From: Acidimicrobiales bacterium
GTDB lineage: Bacteria > Actinomycetota > Acidimicrobiia > Acidimicrobiales > Aldehydirespiratoraceae
DNA length: 64,000 nt
Reading direction: 5' to 3'
NCBI GenBank assembly: GCA_965116665.1
Contig: OZ220709.1
Coordinates: forward strand, 2,516,062-2,580,061
A program made the position numbers and the translations under genes. Of the stretch, positions 29,166 to 37,015 are shown in pieces. Position 1 is the first letter of the stretch. Each line of letters opens with the position of its first letter. The notes under the pieces are model-generated. The model saw nothing but the letters and a program-made list of their open reading frames with translations, had not been told where the DNA came from and made no database searches.

Positions 29166-29927
29166 ATGACCGAGCAGATACGCAAGTCATTCCACGCCGA
29201 GATGGACGAGATCAGCGGCTTGATCGTGCAGCTCGCGGCCCGGGCCGGGGACTCGGTCGCCCGGGCCACCGACGCGCTGTTGCGCTACGACCTGGTGGAG
29301 GCCCAGCAGATCATCGACGACGACGACGTCATCGACATGGCCTCTCTCGAGGTCGAGGAGAAGTGTCAGAGCCTCCTGGCCCTCCAGCAGCCCATGGCCG
29401 GCGACCTCCGCCAGATACTGGCCGCCATGTGGATCACCGCGGAGCTGGAGCGAACCGGCGGGCTGGCCTGCAACATCTGCAAGGGAGCCCGCCGGATGTT
29501 CCCCGCTGAGCTGCCCCCGAAGCTGAGGGGTCTGATCTCGGAGATGAGCGAAGAGGCGATCCGGCTCATCCGCCTGTCGGTGGATTCCTACTCCGAGCAC
29601 GACGCCGGCCTGGCCAGCGCCCTCGACGACATCGACGACCGGCTCGACAGCCTCCACCGCGTGTTCGTGCGCAACCTCCTGGAGGTGAGCCGGTCCAGAG
29701 ATCTGGACGTGCAGCCCGCCATGCAGCTGGCCCTGATCGCCCGCTACTACGAGCGCATAGGCGACCACGCCGTCAACGTCAGCGACCGGGTCCGCTACAT
29801 GGTGTCCGGCGTCATGCCGTGGCGGGACAAGATGACCCGCCACCCGACCCGGGAGCAGCGCGTCGTCCACGAACCCGGATCGGATCCGGCCGAGATGTCC
29901 CCCAACGGCGAGGACACGGCGGGCTAG
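29166..29927 (+). CDS. phoU: Phosphate signalling complex protein PhoU
   Basis: Two PhoU repeats (E..ERIGDHA-type motifs), immediately after pstB. Confidence 0.9.
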   Translation: MTEQIRKSFHAEMDEISGLIVQLAARAGDSVARATDALLRYDLVEAQQIIDDDDVIDMASLEVEEKCQSLLALQQPMAGDLRQILAAMWITAELERTGGLACNICKGARRMFPAELPPKLRGLISEMSEEAIRLIRLSVDSYSEHDAGLASALDDIDDRLDSLHRVFVRNLLEVSRSRDLDVQPAMQLALIARYYERIGDHAVNVSDRVRYMVSGVMPWRDKMTRHPTREQRVVHEPGSDPAEMSPNGEDTAG

Positions 29928-30017
29928 GAGGCCGAGCAAGTAGACGGGACAATGCGACCCATACGGCGTGAGGCCGTGGCCCGAGCGGCCCGTGAGCGAA
30001 GCGAACGAGAGCGGGAA
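29928..30017 (+). repeat. Intercistronic repeat family 1, copy D
   Basis: Starts at the phoU TAG (TAGGAGGCCGAGC...). Core is GAGGCCGTGGCCCGAGCGGCCCGTGAGCGAAGCGAACGAGAGCGGGAA at 29970-30017. Confidence 0.7.
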
Positions 30018-30078
30018 TGACCACTCTGTGCCGCGATGGGCTGCCCAGCAACGGCGCTGGCTCTAGGGTCGAGCCCCG

Positions 30079-31287
30079 ATGACGACGCTGATCGTCGCCG
30101 TTCTGATGGTGGTAAGCGGCGCGATCGTAGGCATCGCACTGGACCGGGCCCGGCTCCGTCGCTGGCTCCAGGCGCTGTCACCGCAGGACCGGTCGAGCCC
30201 GGAGGCTCCGAAGTCGGCTCGCGGGTTCATCGAAGCCGTCCAGAGGCGCGAGGATCTCGCCGAAGCCGGACGGGTCTCGGCCGAGACCGCGGCCCGCCGG
30301 CTCGAGGCGAGTCTGGACGGACTCCAGTCGGGGCTGGTGGTGTGCGACCGCAGCGGGAGCGTGGTAGCCCAGAATTCCGCCGCGGAGCAGTTCCTTCAAG
30401 CCCGTCACGGCGAGGCGCTGGTCGGCCGCGAGGTCAAGGACCTGCTCGAGCGGGCCCAGGCCGGCGAGCGGGTGACGACCACCGTCGAGTTGCACACCGA
30501 GCCCCGTCGCAGCTACGAGGTGGAGGCCGGTCCGATCGAGCGTGACGGCGTGACGCTCGGAGCGGTCGCGCTGGTGTACGACATCACCGAACACCACCGC
30601 ATCGACTCAGTCCGGCGCGACTTCGTCGCCAACGTGAGCCACGAGCTCAAGACGCCGATCGGTGCGCTGAGCCTGCTGGCCGACTCGCTGTCCTCCGGCG
30701 CCACACCCGAGGTCGCGGCCCGCCTCTCGAGCCGCATGCAAATTGAGATCCAGCGGGTGGCCGACACCATCGACGACCTGCTGACGCTGGCGATGCTGGA
30801 GGACGAGAGCGGCCGGTCCGACGAGCAAGTCGACATCGGTGCCGTCATCGCGGCCGCCGCGGACCGGATCTCCCAGCCGGCCGAGCAGCGAGACATCAAA
30901 GTGGTCGTCTCGGGCGACCAGGACGCCGCACCGATCCGGGGGTCCCGGCGGCAACTCGAGTCGGCGGTGTTCAACCTGCTCGACAACGCGGTGAAGTTCA
31001 GCGAGCTCGGCGGCCGGGTGAACATCGGCGTGGAGGCCGACGACACGATCCTGAAGCTGTCGGTGACCGACGAGGGAATCGGAATCCCGGTCGCGGAGCG
31101 ATCGCGCATCTTCGAACGCTTCTACCGGGTGGACCGGGCCCGGAGCCGCAACACGGGAGGCACGGGCCTGGGTCTGTCCATCGTGCGGCACGTCGCCCTG
31201 AACCACGGCGGCGACGTGAATGTGACGTCGCGGGAGGGCTACGGGTCGCAGTTCACCATCACCCTGCCGATCGACAGCGCCGACTGA
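30079..31287 (+). CDS. Sensor histidine kinase (SenX3/PhoR-like)
   Basis: N-terminal TM helix, a PAS-like segment, H-box SHELKTPIGAL, and N/G boxes (LDNAVKF, GGTGLGLSIV). Confidence 0.85.
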   Translation: MTTLIVAVLMVVSGAIVGIALDRARLRRWLQALSPQDRSSPEAPKSARGFIEAVQRREDLAEAGRVSAETAARRLEASLDGLQSGLVVCDRSGSVVAQNSAAEQFLQARHGEALVGREVKDLLERAQAGERVTTTVELHTEPRRSYEVEAGPIERDGVTLGAVALVYDITEHHRIDSVRRDFVANVSHELKTPIGALSLLADSLSSGATPEVAARLSSRMQIEIQRVADTIDDLLTLAMLEDESGRSDEQVDIGAVIAAAADRISQPAEQRDIKVVVSGDQDAAPIRGSRRQLESAVFNLLDNAVKFSELGGRVNIGVEADDTILKLSVTDEGIGIPVAERSRIFERFYRVDRARSRNTGGTGLGLSIVRHVALNHGGDVNVTSREGYGSQFTITLPIDSAD

Positions 31288-31327
31288 GGTCCAGTCGGTC
31301 GGAGCGGGCGTTCCGGACGCCGCCCGC

Positions 31328-31374
31328 GAACTGGCAGCAGAACGCACGCATACCGTGCATAACGCTGCCAATTC
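31328..31374. repeat. 47-nt palindromic repeat family 2, copy 2 (inverted relative to copy 1)
   Basis: GAACTGGCAGC-N25-GCTGCCAATTC between convergent genes. The reverse complement of its loop matches the copy-1 loop at 18 of 25 positions. Confidence 0.6.
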
Positions 31375-31386
31375 CTCCGGTCGGTG

Positions 31387-32190
31387 CTAGAAGCTGGAGT
31401 TCCGGTCGCCAGCCCCGGCAGCCGAGGCCAGCAGCGACCGGCGCTGGCGCTCGAGCCATCCGAGCAGCACGGCCACCGCTCGGGGATCGTGGCGGAGATG
31501 GTGGCCGGCGCCGCTGATGATCCTAAGGTCGGCGCCCGGGTGGGCGTCGGCCAACACCCGGGCGTCGAAGACGGGCACGGTCTCGTCATCGCTGCCGTGA
31601 AGAACGAGGAGCGACCGGTCCGCCAGCGACTCCGCGGCCTGGACGGCCCGCACCGACCGGATCTCCGCAGCCCATCGATCGAACCGCTCCGGGAACTCCG
31701 GATCGCTCACCACCCCCACCTCCCGGGCCCACACCAGCAGCTTGCGGGGATTGCGGGCCCAGTCCTCGAAATCGGCGGGAGCGGCCACCGCGGCCACACC
31801 CCGGACCCGCGCGTCGGTGCTGGCCACCACCACGGCCAGCGCGCCACCGGTTCCGAATCCGATGAGCCAGATCCCGTCGCAGCTCACCTCCGAGGCGAGG
31901 AAGTCGACCGCGCCGGCGAGGTCGCGCCGCCAGCCGTCGAGCGAGAAGTCGCCCGCGGATTCGGCCACTCCCCTCGCCGCGTAGGTCAGGGCGGCGAACC
32001 CGGTCTCGGCCGCGATCAGGTCGGCGAGCGCCGGCATCGTCCGCGTCGAGTTGATGCCGCCCCCCGCCTCGGTGGGAAAGCCGTGGACTATCACCGCCGC
32101 CGGCTGTACCGCGGGAGCGCGTGCGGGGCGGGCCAGATGGGCGGTCAGCGTGTTCGAGTCGACGGTGAACCGGCCCTCCATCGGGGTCAC
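31387..32190 (-). CDS. Alpha/beta hydrolase family protein
   Basis: HGFP oxyanion region and nucleophile-elbow-like GFGTGG. Confidence 0.65.
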   Translation of the reverse strand: MTPMEGRFTVDSNTLTAHLARPARAPAVQPAAVIVHGFPTEAGGGINSTRTMPALADLIAAETGFAALTYAARGVAESAGDFSLDGWRRDLAGAVDFLASEVSCDGIWLIGFGTGGALAVVVASTDARVRGVAAVAAPADFEDWARNPRKLLVWAREVGVVSDPEFPERFDRWAAEIRSVRAVQAAESLADRSLLVLHGSDDETVPVFDARVLADAHPGADLRIISGAGHHLRHDPRAVAVLLGWLERQRRSLLASAAGAGDRNSSF

Positions 32191-32214
32191 GGTAACGCGG
32201 TGTGCGGGCGCGAG

Positions 32215-32243
32215 GTGGGGCGGGCCTCAGAGACCCGCCCCAC
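32215..32243. other. Perfect 10-bp GC-rich hairpin (GTGGGGCGGG-N9-CCCGCCCCAC)
   Basis: Read directly from the sequence. It lies 25 nt upstream of the start of the minus-strand hydrolase gene, inside a 450-nt divergent intergenic region. Confidence 0.5.
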
Positions 32244-32640
32244 TTCATCGTTAGTTGCCGGAAATCCCGGGTCGAGCCTTGTGGCACCGCGACAAGAGCC
32301 ACACATGCCGCGCCGGATGTGACTAGGTCCGGCGACTCGATCCGGGGGTGGAGCTGGCGGGGATTCGCCAGTCGGTCCAGCTTGCCGTAGCTAGCGGCCA
32401 GCCACCTCCAAGGTCACAAAGCATAAAGCACTCAGTTGGACCACCTCCTTTCCTTGGTGACACCAGTCAACCACAATCCAGCCCCCAAGCCAAGCATCGG
32501 GCCGCCCCTTTCACGTTGGGGGCAAGCCCTTCCGCCGGCTTTGCTGTCGGCGGTCTGGCGCTAGGGATGCAGTTGAATCAGCGGAGGCGAGTGAACTAGA
32601 ACAACCGGGCGCATGTAACGCCACCGGTGGGGGTCGTGGA

Positions 32641-34824
32641 ATGAGGAGGTGGGCTGTGGCCGCCGTTGCGTGCGTCGTGGCTGTCGTTGTCGCAGCTTCG
32701 GGCGCAGCCGCGGCCGCCCAGAGCCCGCGGTTCTCTGACGTGCCCGCTGACCACTACGCCTTCGAGGCGATCGAGTGGGCGGCCGAGGCCGGGGTGACCG
32801 CCGGCTACGGCGACGGCACCTTCAGGCCACAGGTGCCCCTCAAAGAGAGCCACGCAGCGTTGTTCATGGCGAGCTTCTACGACGGCATCCTCGGAGCCGA
32901 CCAGTCCGAGGACTTCACCCGCGGCGACATGATGGTCCTGCTCAAAGCCATCAACGACGGCACCCTGCGCGGCGCCGCACCGGCGCCAGGCCCAGCCGCG
33001 GACACCCAGAGCCCGCGGTTCTTTGACGTGCCACTGGACCACTACGCCTTCGAGGCGGTGGAGTGGGCGGCCGAGGCCGGGGTGACCGCCGGCTACGGCG
33101 ACGGCGCCTTCAGGCCACAGGTGCCCCTCAAGAAGCGCCACGCAGTGTTGTTCATGGCGAGCTTCTACGACGGCATCCTCGGAGCCGACCAGTCCGAGGA
33201 CTTCACCCGCGGCGACATGATGATCCTGCTCAAAGCCATCAACGACGGCACCCTCCGCAACACCGGCGCTGACGCCGCGCCGGTGTTGCCTGCGGGTGCT
33301 TGCGGGGGTGCCAGCGACGATGATGTGGTTCGGTGGGTCGCGTCCAACAGTGCGAAAGACGTCTCGTGGTCGCCCGATTGCACACGGGTGGCCTTCATTC
33401 ACCGCGGCGATCTGTGGCTCATGACCAGCGGGGGCCGCTCGTATCGCCTTGTCGTGGACGACCAGGATGCCTGGCTTCATTCTGCGGCCTGGTCCCCCGA
33501 CGGCACCCGGATCGCATACGGACGCGATCACCAGAAGGACGGGGACTGGGTCTCCCATATCTGGACCGTGTCGCCCGACGGCGGTGCAGCGAGGCAGATC
33601 ACCGACGGTGACGCTCGCGACAGGTGGCCGGCGTGGTCACCGGACGGTTCCAGGATCGCGTTCGCTCGTCTTGTTGACAACGACCGCTTCATCGTCTTGA
33701 TGGACAGCGACGGAGGCCGCCAGCAGCCGCTCACGGCGGGGGGCCGCTGGGAGCAGACGCCGGCGTGGTCACCGGACGGGGCCCGGCTCGCCTACATTGC
33801 CGACGACGAGGTGATCGTGGCCGGCGCCGACGGCACCGGCGCCCGAGCCGTCTTCGGCGGCGTTGCGTGGGATGGCGGACTGTCATGGTCGCCCGACGGC
33901 AGCCGGGTCGCGTTCGTGCGTGACCGCGGTACCGGGACAGCCCTGCATGTGAGCGCCCTCGACGGCACCGGCGAGAGGATGGTCGCCGAGTCGGACGGAA
34001 AGGTGCTGATCCCGAAGTGGTCCCCTGACGGCCGGCGCATCGCCTTCCACCTAAGGAGCGACACCGCCGAACGGCTCTATGTCAGCGGCATCGACGCCAC
34101 CGGCTTCATCGAGGCGGAGCCCGCCCGGCCGATCCCGCCGGCCGGAACGGCCCCGGTCGCCGAGCCGCCCGCCGCGTTGGGCCTCGACCCGTTCTACACC
34201 AAGCACGTGGACGGCGCCCTGCCGGTGGTCGGGTCCTCGGAGGTCTCCGATGAGGCGCTGAGGCGTGCGGCTCTGGTTATGGGGCAGATCGTCGCCAACC
34301 GCCCCGACATCGTCCGGGTGCTCGCCCAGCACCGTGTCCGGGTAGCGGTCTACGCGATCACCGAGACGATCACGGACCTGCCGGAGGTCGCTGCGACGTG
34401 GCCCGATCTCGACCCCAACGCAGTCGGGCTCGGCCCGGGGCCCGGATTCCCCGTTGTTGTGACCTCAGAGGCCAACCTGCTGTGCGATGGATATTCCTCG
34501 GTGACAGTTCACGAGGGCGGCCACGCCGTGGACTACGCGCTCTGGCTGCTCCGCGACCACGACTTCCAGAACCGCCTTGACACCGCCTATGACAAGGCAA
34601 TGGCCCAAGGACTCTGGGAAGGCAGCTACACCGCCACCAACGCGGCCGAGTATTGGGCCGAGGGCGTCCTGTGGTTCATGAACGGGTCCGACGAGCGGGA
34701 AATCCCCCACCCCGGGGTCAACACCCGCGACGAACTGCAGGACTACGACCCGGCGCTGCACGAGCTGGTCCTCGACGTGCTCGGCGACGTCGAGGCCACC
34801 GCCTCCTGCTACGGCAAGCAGTAA
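32641..34824 (+). CDS. Secreted multidomain protein: signal peptide, 2 x SLH, PD40/TolB-like beta-propeller repeats, C-terminal HExxH domain
   Basis: FSDVPADHYAFEAIEWAAEAGVTAGYGDGTFRP occurs twice. At least five WSPDG(S/T/A/R)R(I/L/V)A(F/Y) repeats. HEGGHAVDY near the C-terminus. Confidence 0.75.
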   Translation: MRRWAVAAVACVVAVVVAASGAAAAAQSPRFSDVPADHYAFEAIEWAAEAGVTAGYGDGTFRPQVPLKESHAALFMASFYDGILGADQSEDFTRGDMMVLLKAINDGTLRGAAPAPGPAADTQSPRFFDVPLDHYAFEAVEWAAEAGVTAGYGDGAFRPQVPLKKRHAVLFMASFYDGILGADQSEDFTRGDMMILLKAINDGTLRNTGADAAPVLPAGACGGASDDDVVRWVASNSAKDVSWSPDCTRVAFIHRGDLWLMTSGGRSYRLVVDDQDAWLHSAAWSPDGTRIAYGRDHQKDGDWVSHIWTVSPDGGAARQITDGDARDRWPAWSPDGSRIAFARLVDNDRFIVLMDSDGGRQQPLTAGGRWEQTPAWSPDGARLAYIADDEVIVAGADGTGARAVFGGVAWDGGLSWSPDGSRVAFVRDRGTGTALHVSALDGTGERMVAESDGKVLIPKWSPDGRRIAFHLRSDTAERLYVSGIDATGFIEAEPARPIPPAGTAPVAEPPAALGLDPFYTKHVDGALPVVGSSEVSDEALRRAALVMGQIVANRPDIVRVLAQHRVRVAVYAITETITDLPEVAATWPDLDPNAVGLGPGPGFPVVVTSEANLLCDGYSSVTVHEGGHAVDYALWLLRDHDFQNRLDTAYDKAMAQGLWEGSYTATNAAEYWAEGVLWFMNGSDEREIPHPGVNTRDELQDYDPALHELVLDVLGDVEATASCYGKQ
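32719..33255 (+). repeat. Near-identical 288-nt tandem duplication encoding the two SLH modules
   Basis: CAGAGCCCGCGGTTC... recurs at 32719 and 33007, with only scattered substitutions over ~250 nt. Confidence 0.85.
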
Positions 34825-34836
34825 CACCGCAGCCAT

Positions 34837-34866
34837 ACCGGAGCACCGCGCCGGAGGCGCTCCGGT
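34837..34866 (+). terminator. Hairpin after the SLH-protein gene (8-bp stem ACCGGAGC/GCTCCGGT)
   Basis: Lies 13 nt after the stop codon. No U-tract. Confidence 0.35.
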
Positions 34867-34886
34867 CACAGCCACTCTCTGCCACG

Positions 34887-34985
34887 TCGGGCAGGTGGTG
34901 GGCCACGTAGTCGACGGCTGCGGCCAGCCGGTAGACCGACGGGGCGGTCTCGTGCTCCAGGCGTCCGACCGCGATCCCCACCGAC
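34887..34985 (-). repeat. 99-bp direct repeat R1: a duplicated fragment (codons ~20-52) of gene 36468..36914
   Basis: 97 of 99 nt identical to 36760..36858. It translates on the minus strand as GIAVGRLEHETAPSVYRLAAAVDYVA. Confidence 0.85.
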
Positions 34986-35639
34986 GATCCCGCGCCCGGC
35001 GCCAGCCACTACCTGGTCAGCGGCTTCCAGGACTGCACGTACACGTTCGACAACAGCCCTGACGGCAGCCGCTCGTCCAGCGTTTGCTCAGAACGCACCG
35101 AGACGCCCTCGATCACGCTCGGCGAAGCCAGGAACCATCTTGTAGCAGGACGATCATATGAGATCACCGTCTTCGCCTGTGGTGAGGGCTTCGGGGAGGT
35201 CCGGCATCAGTGGCCCGACGCCGAAGACTGCTTCGCCTACGGCACAACGACCATCGACGCGCAGGCTCGGGGCCTCGAAGTCGTGAGGTTCACACTCATC
35301 GACGACTGCTTCTGGTTCGAGGAGGATGCAGACCCCGACACTGCAGATCCGGCCGGACCGTGCTACCTCGCGGAATGGGCGCCGAGTCCGGGCGCTACCA
35401 CCTACGACGCCGTCGCCTGGCCGTGTCCCAACGAGGAAGAGCCGTGCCGTGGAGAAGGCTTCGGGGCATATGACGGAAGCTACTCCATCTCGGACACCAA
35501 GGTCACCGCGGAACTCGGCTTGGAGTACGGGAAGCGTTATGAGGTGACGGTCGACGTCAACTGCGGGGGACCAGCCAATGCGGCCACATGCTTCCGCTAT
35601 GCGCGTGGCTGGGTGACAGTTCCAGCCCGCGGGAGTTGA
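34986..35639 (+). pseudogene. 5'-truncated Cys-rich protein gene (a residual ORF could start at GTG 35283)
   Basis: The frame is open and looks coding from the R1 junction (HYLVSGFQDCTYTFDNSPDG...), but there is no ATG/GTG/TTG before 35283. Confidence 0.4.
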
Positions 35640-35704
35640 CCCTTGCTGGAATCGCCTGCTGGGGGAAGAAACCTAGCAGATCTGCAAAAGAAATTGCTAG
35701 AATA

Positions 35705-35716
35705 TTCTGTACAGAA
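35705..35716. promoter_or_regulatory. Perfect 12-bp palindrome TTCTGTACAGAA in the AT-rich region upstream of the antitoxin (candidate operator)
   Basis: Read directly. It sits 25 nt upstream of the ATG at 35741. Confidence 0.45.
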
Positions 35717-35740
35717 ATCTGCGAGTGGTATGGGGAAGCG

Positions 35741-36010
35741 ATGACCGACGAGACGAGGACCATTCCGGCGGGCCAGTTCCGGGAGCAGTGCCTGAGGCTC
35801 ATGGACGAGGTGAACGCCACCGGCTCGAAGCTGATCGTCACCAAGCACGGACGGCCCGTCGCCGCGCTCGTTCCGGTGTCCGAGCAGGGCCCGTCGGGCA
35901 TCGTCGGGTGGTGCGAGCAGATCCGCATCCATGATGACTTGAGCGAGCCCGCCGTGCCCGCAGACGACTGGAACGTCGTGTCGGACCCGGCCAGCATCCT
36001 CGGCAGCTGA
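35741..36010 (+). CDS. Type II antitoxin, Phd/YefM family
   Basis: IPAGQFREQCLRLMDEV...LIVTKHGRPVAALVP. ATG at 35741 follows GGGGAAG. Confidence 0.8.
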   Translation: MTDETRTIPAGQFREQCLRLMDEVNATGSKLIVTKHGRPVAALVPVSEQGPSGIVGWCEQIRIHDDLSEPAVPADDWNVVSDPASILGS

Positions 36011-36031
36011 CCGGCCACGGTCACGGCTGGA

Positions 36032-36454
36032 ATGGACCTAATGCTCGACACCGACGCCCTGCTGTGGATGTCGCAGGGCAGCCCCAGACTCGGTCCCCGC
36101 GCCGCGTCGGCCATAGAGACGGCCGCCCGAGACGGTTCCCTGCGGTTCTCGGCCATATCGATGCTGGAGGTCGCCCGCCTCCACCACGGCGGCAGGATCG
36201 AACTGCCGTCGGTTCCCGAGCTGTGGCACCGCGACCTGCTTGCGGCCGGGGTGCGGGAGATTCCGGTCACCTCCGAGACGGCCATGCTGGCCGCCTCGCT
36301 GCACGCCAACCACGGCTTCCACTCCGACCCCGCCGATCAGCTGGTCACAGCCTCGGCCATTGTCACCAAGCGCCCGCTGGTCACCTCCGACCGCAAGATC
36401 CTCGACTGGGCCTCGGCGCGGGCCGCGCCCGAGTGTCTCGACGCCTGCGCCTGA
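36032..36454 (+). CDS. vapC: Type II toxin, VapC (PIN domain)
   Basis: LDTDALLW, ISMLEV, DPADQLVTASA, and it lies immediately after the antitoxin. Confidence 0.85.
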   Translation: MDLMLDTDALLWMSQGSPRLGPRAASAIETAARDGSLRFSAISMLEVARLHHGGRIELPSVPELWHRDLLAAGVREIPVTSETAMLAASLHANHGFHSDPADQLVTASAIVTKRPLVTSDRKILDWASARAAPECLDACA

Positions 36455-36467
36455 CCCCTTCGAACTC

Positions 36468-36914
36468 TCAGGTGGGAGGCTCCCCGGCGCTGAGGGCTCC
36501 GATCTCGTCCAGGTAGGCGAGCTGGGCCTCGAGGATGCACACCACGTCGACCGGGTCGGGGCCGCCCTCGGACAGCGATCGGGCCACCACCGCGTCGGTG
36601 GCCGCGTCGGTGTCGGCCACCGCCATGCCGTCCACGGCCACCGCGGGGTCGCCGAGCTCCTGGCCGTGGGAGGTGGCCAGGCCCACCGACGCGAACCAGT
36701 CGAGGTGCCAGCCCAGCACCGTGCCCACATCGTCGTAACTGATCCTGGCCGTCACCTCTTCGGGCAGGTGGTCGGCCACGTAGTCGACGGCTGCGGCCAG
36801 CCGGTAGACCGACGGGGCGGTCTCGTGCTCCAGGCGTCCGACTGCGATCCCCACCGACACGAACGCGATGGCAACCACCGCGGCGAGCCCGACCGCGGCG
36901 ATCAGCCAGATCAC
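36468..36914 (-). CDS. Hypothetical membrane-anchored protein
   Basis: 148 aa with an N-terminal helix (IWLIAAVGLAAVVAIAFVSVGIAV). Contains repeat R2. Confidence 0.55.
   Translation of the reverse strand: MIWLIAAVGLAAVVAIAFVSVGIAVGRLEHETAPSVYRLAAAVDYVADHLPEEVTARISYDDVGTVLGWHLDWFASVGLATSHGQELGDPAVAVDGMAVADTDAATDAVVARSLSEGGPDPVDVVCILEAQLAYLDEIGALSAGEPPT
36760..36858 (-). repeat. 99-bp direct repeat R2 (inside the intact gene)
   Basis: Partner of R1, with 2 mismatches. Confidence 0.85.
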
Positions 36915-36939
36915 AGCGCCGGCCAGCCGGGGTGCAACG

Positions 36940-36987
36940 AACTAGGTGTGACTTTTCCACCTCTACGGTGGAAAACTGACACTAGTT
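36940..36987. terminator. Long imperfect inverted repeat (22/21-nt arms, 5-nt spacer), AT-rich
   Basis: AACTAGGTGTGACTTTTCCACC-TCTAC-GGTGGAAAACTGACACTAGTT. It sits between the acyl-CoA dehydrogenase stop and the start of the next minus-strand gene. Confidence 0.45.
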
Positions 36988-37015
36988 CGCTCTGGGCCGG
37001 TGCCGACACAGGGCG

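Noticed and set aside
32320-32420. Searched this and other intergenic regions for tRNA-like cloverleaves as island integration sites
   Set aside because: I could not assemble acceptor, T-arm and anticodon features convincingly by eye. No tRNA is claimed, and a tRNAscan run would be the proper check.
32436-32462. TTGGACCACCTCCTTTCC, which resembles the 3' end of 16S rRNA (anti-Shine-Dalgarno)
   Set aside because: It is an isolated short match with no flanking rRNA-like sequence, most likely coincidental.
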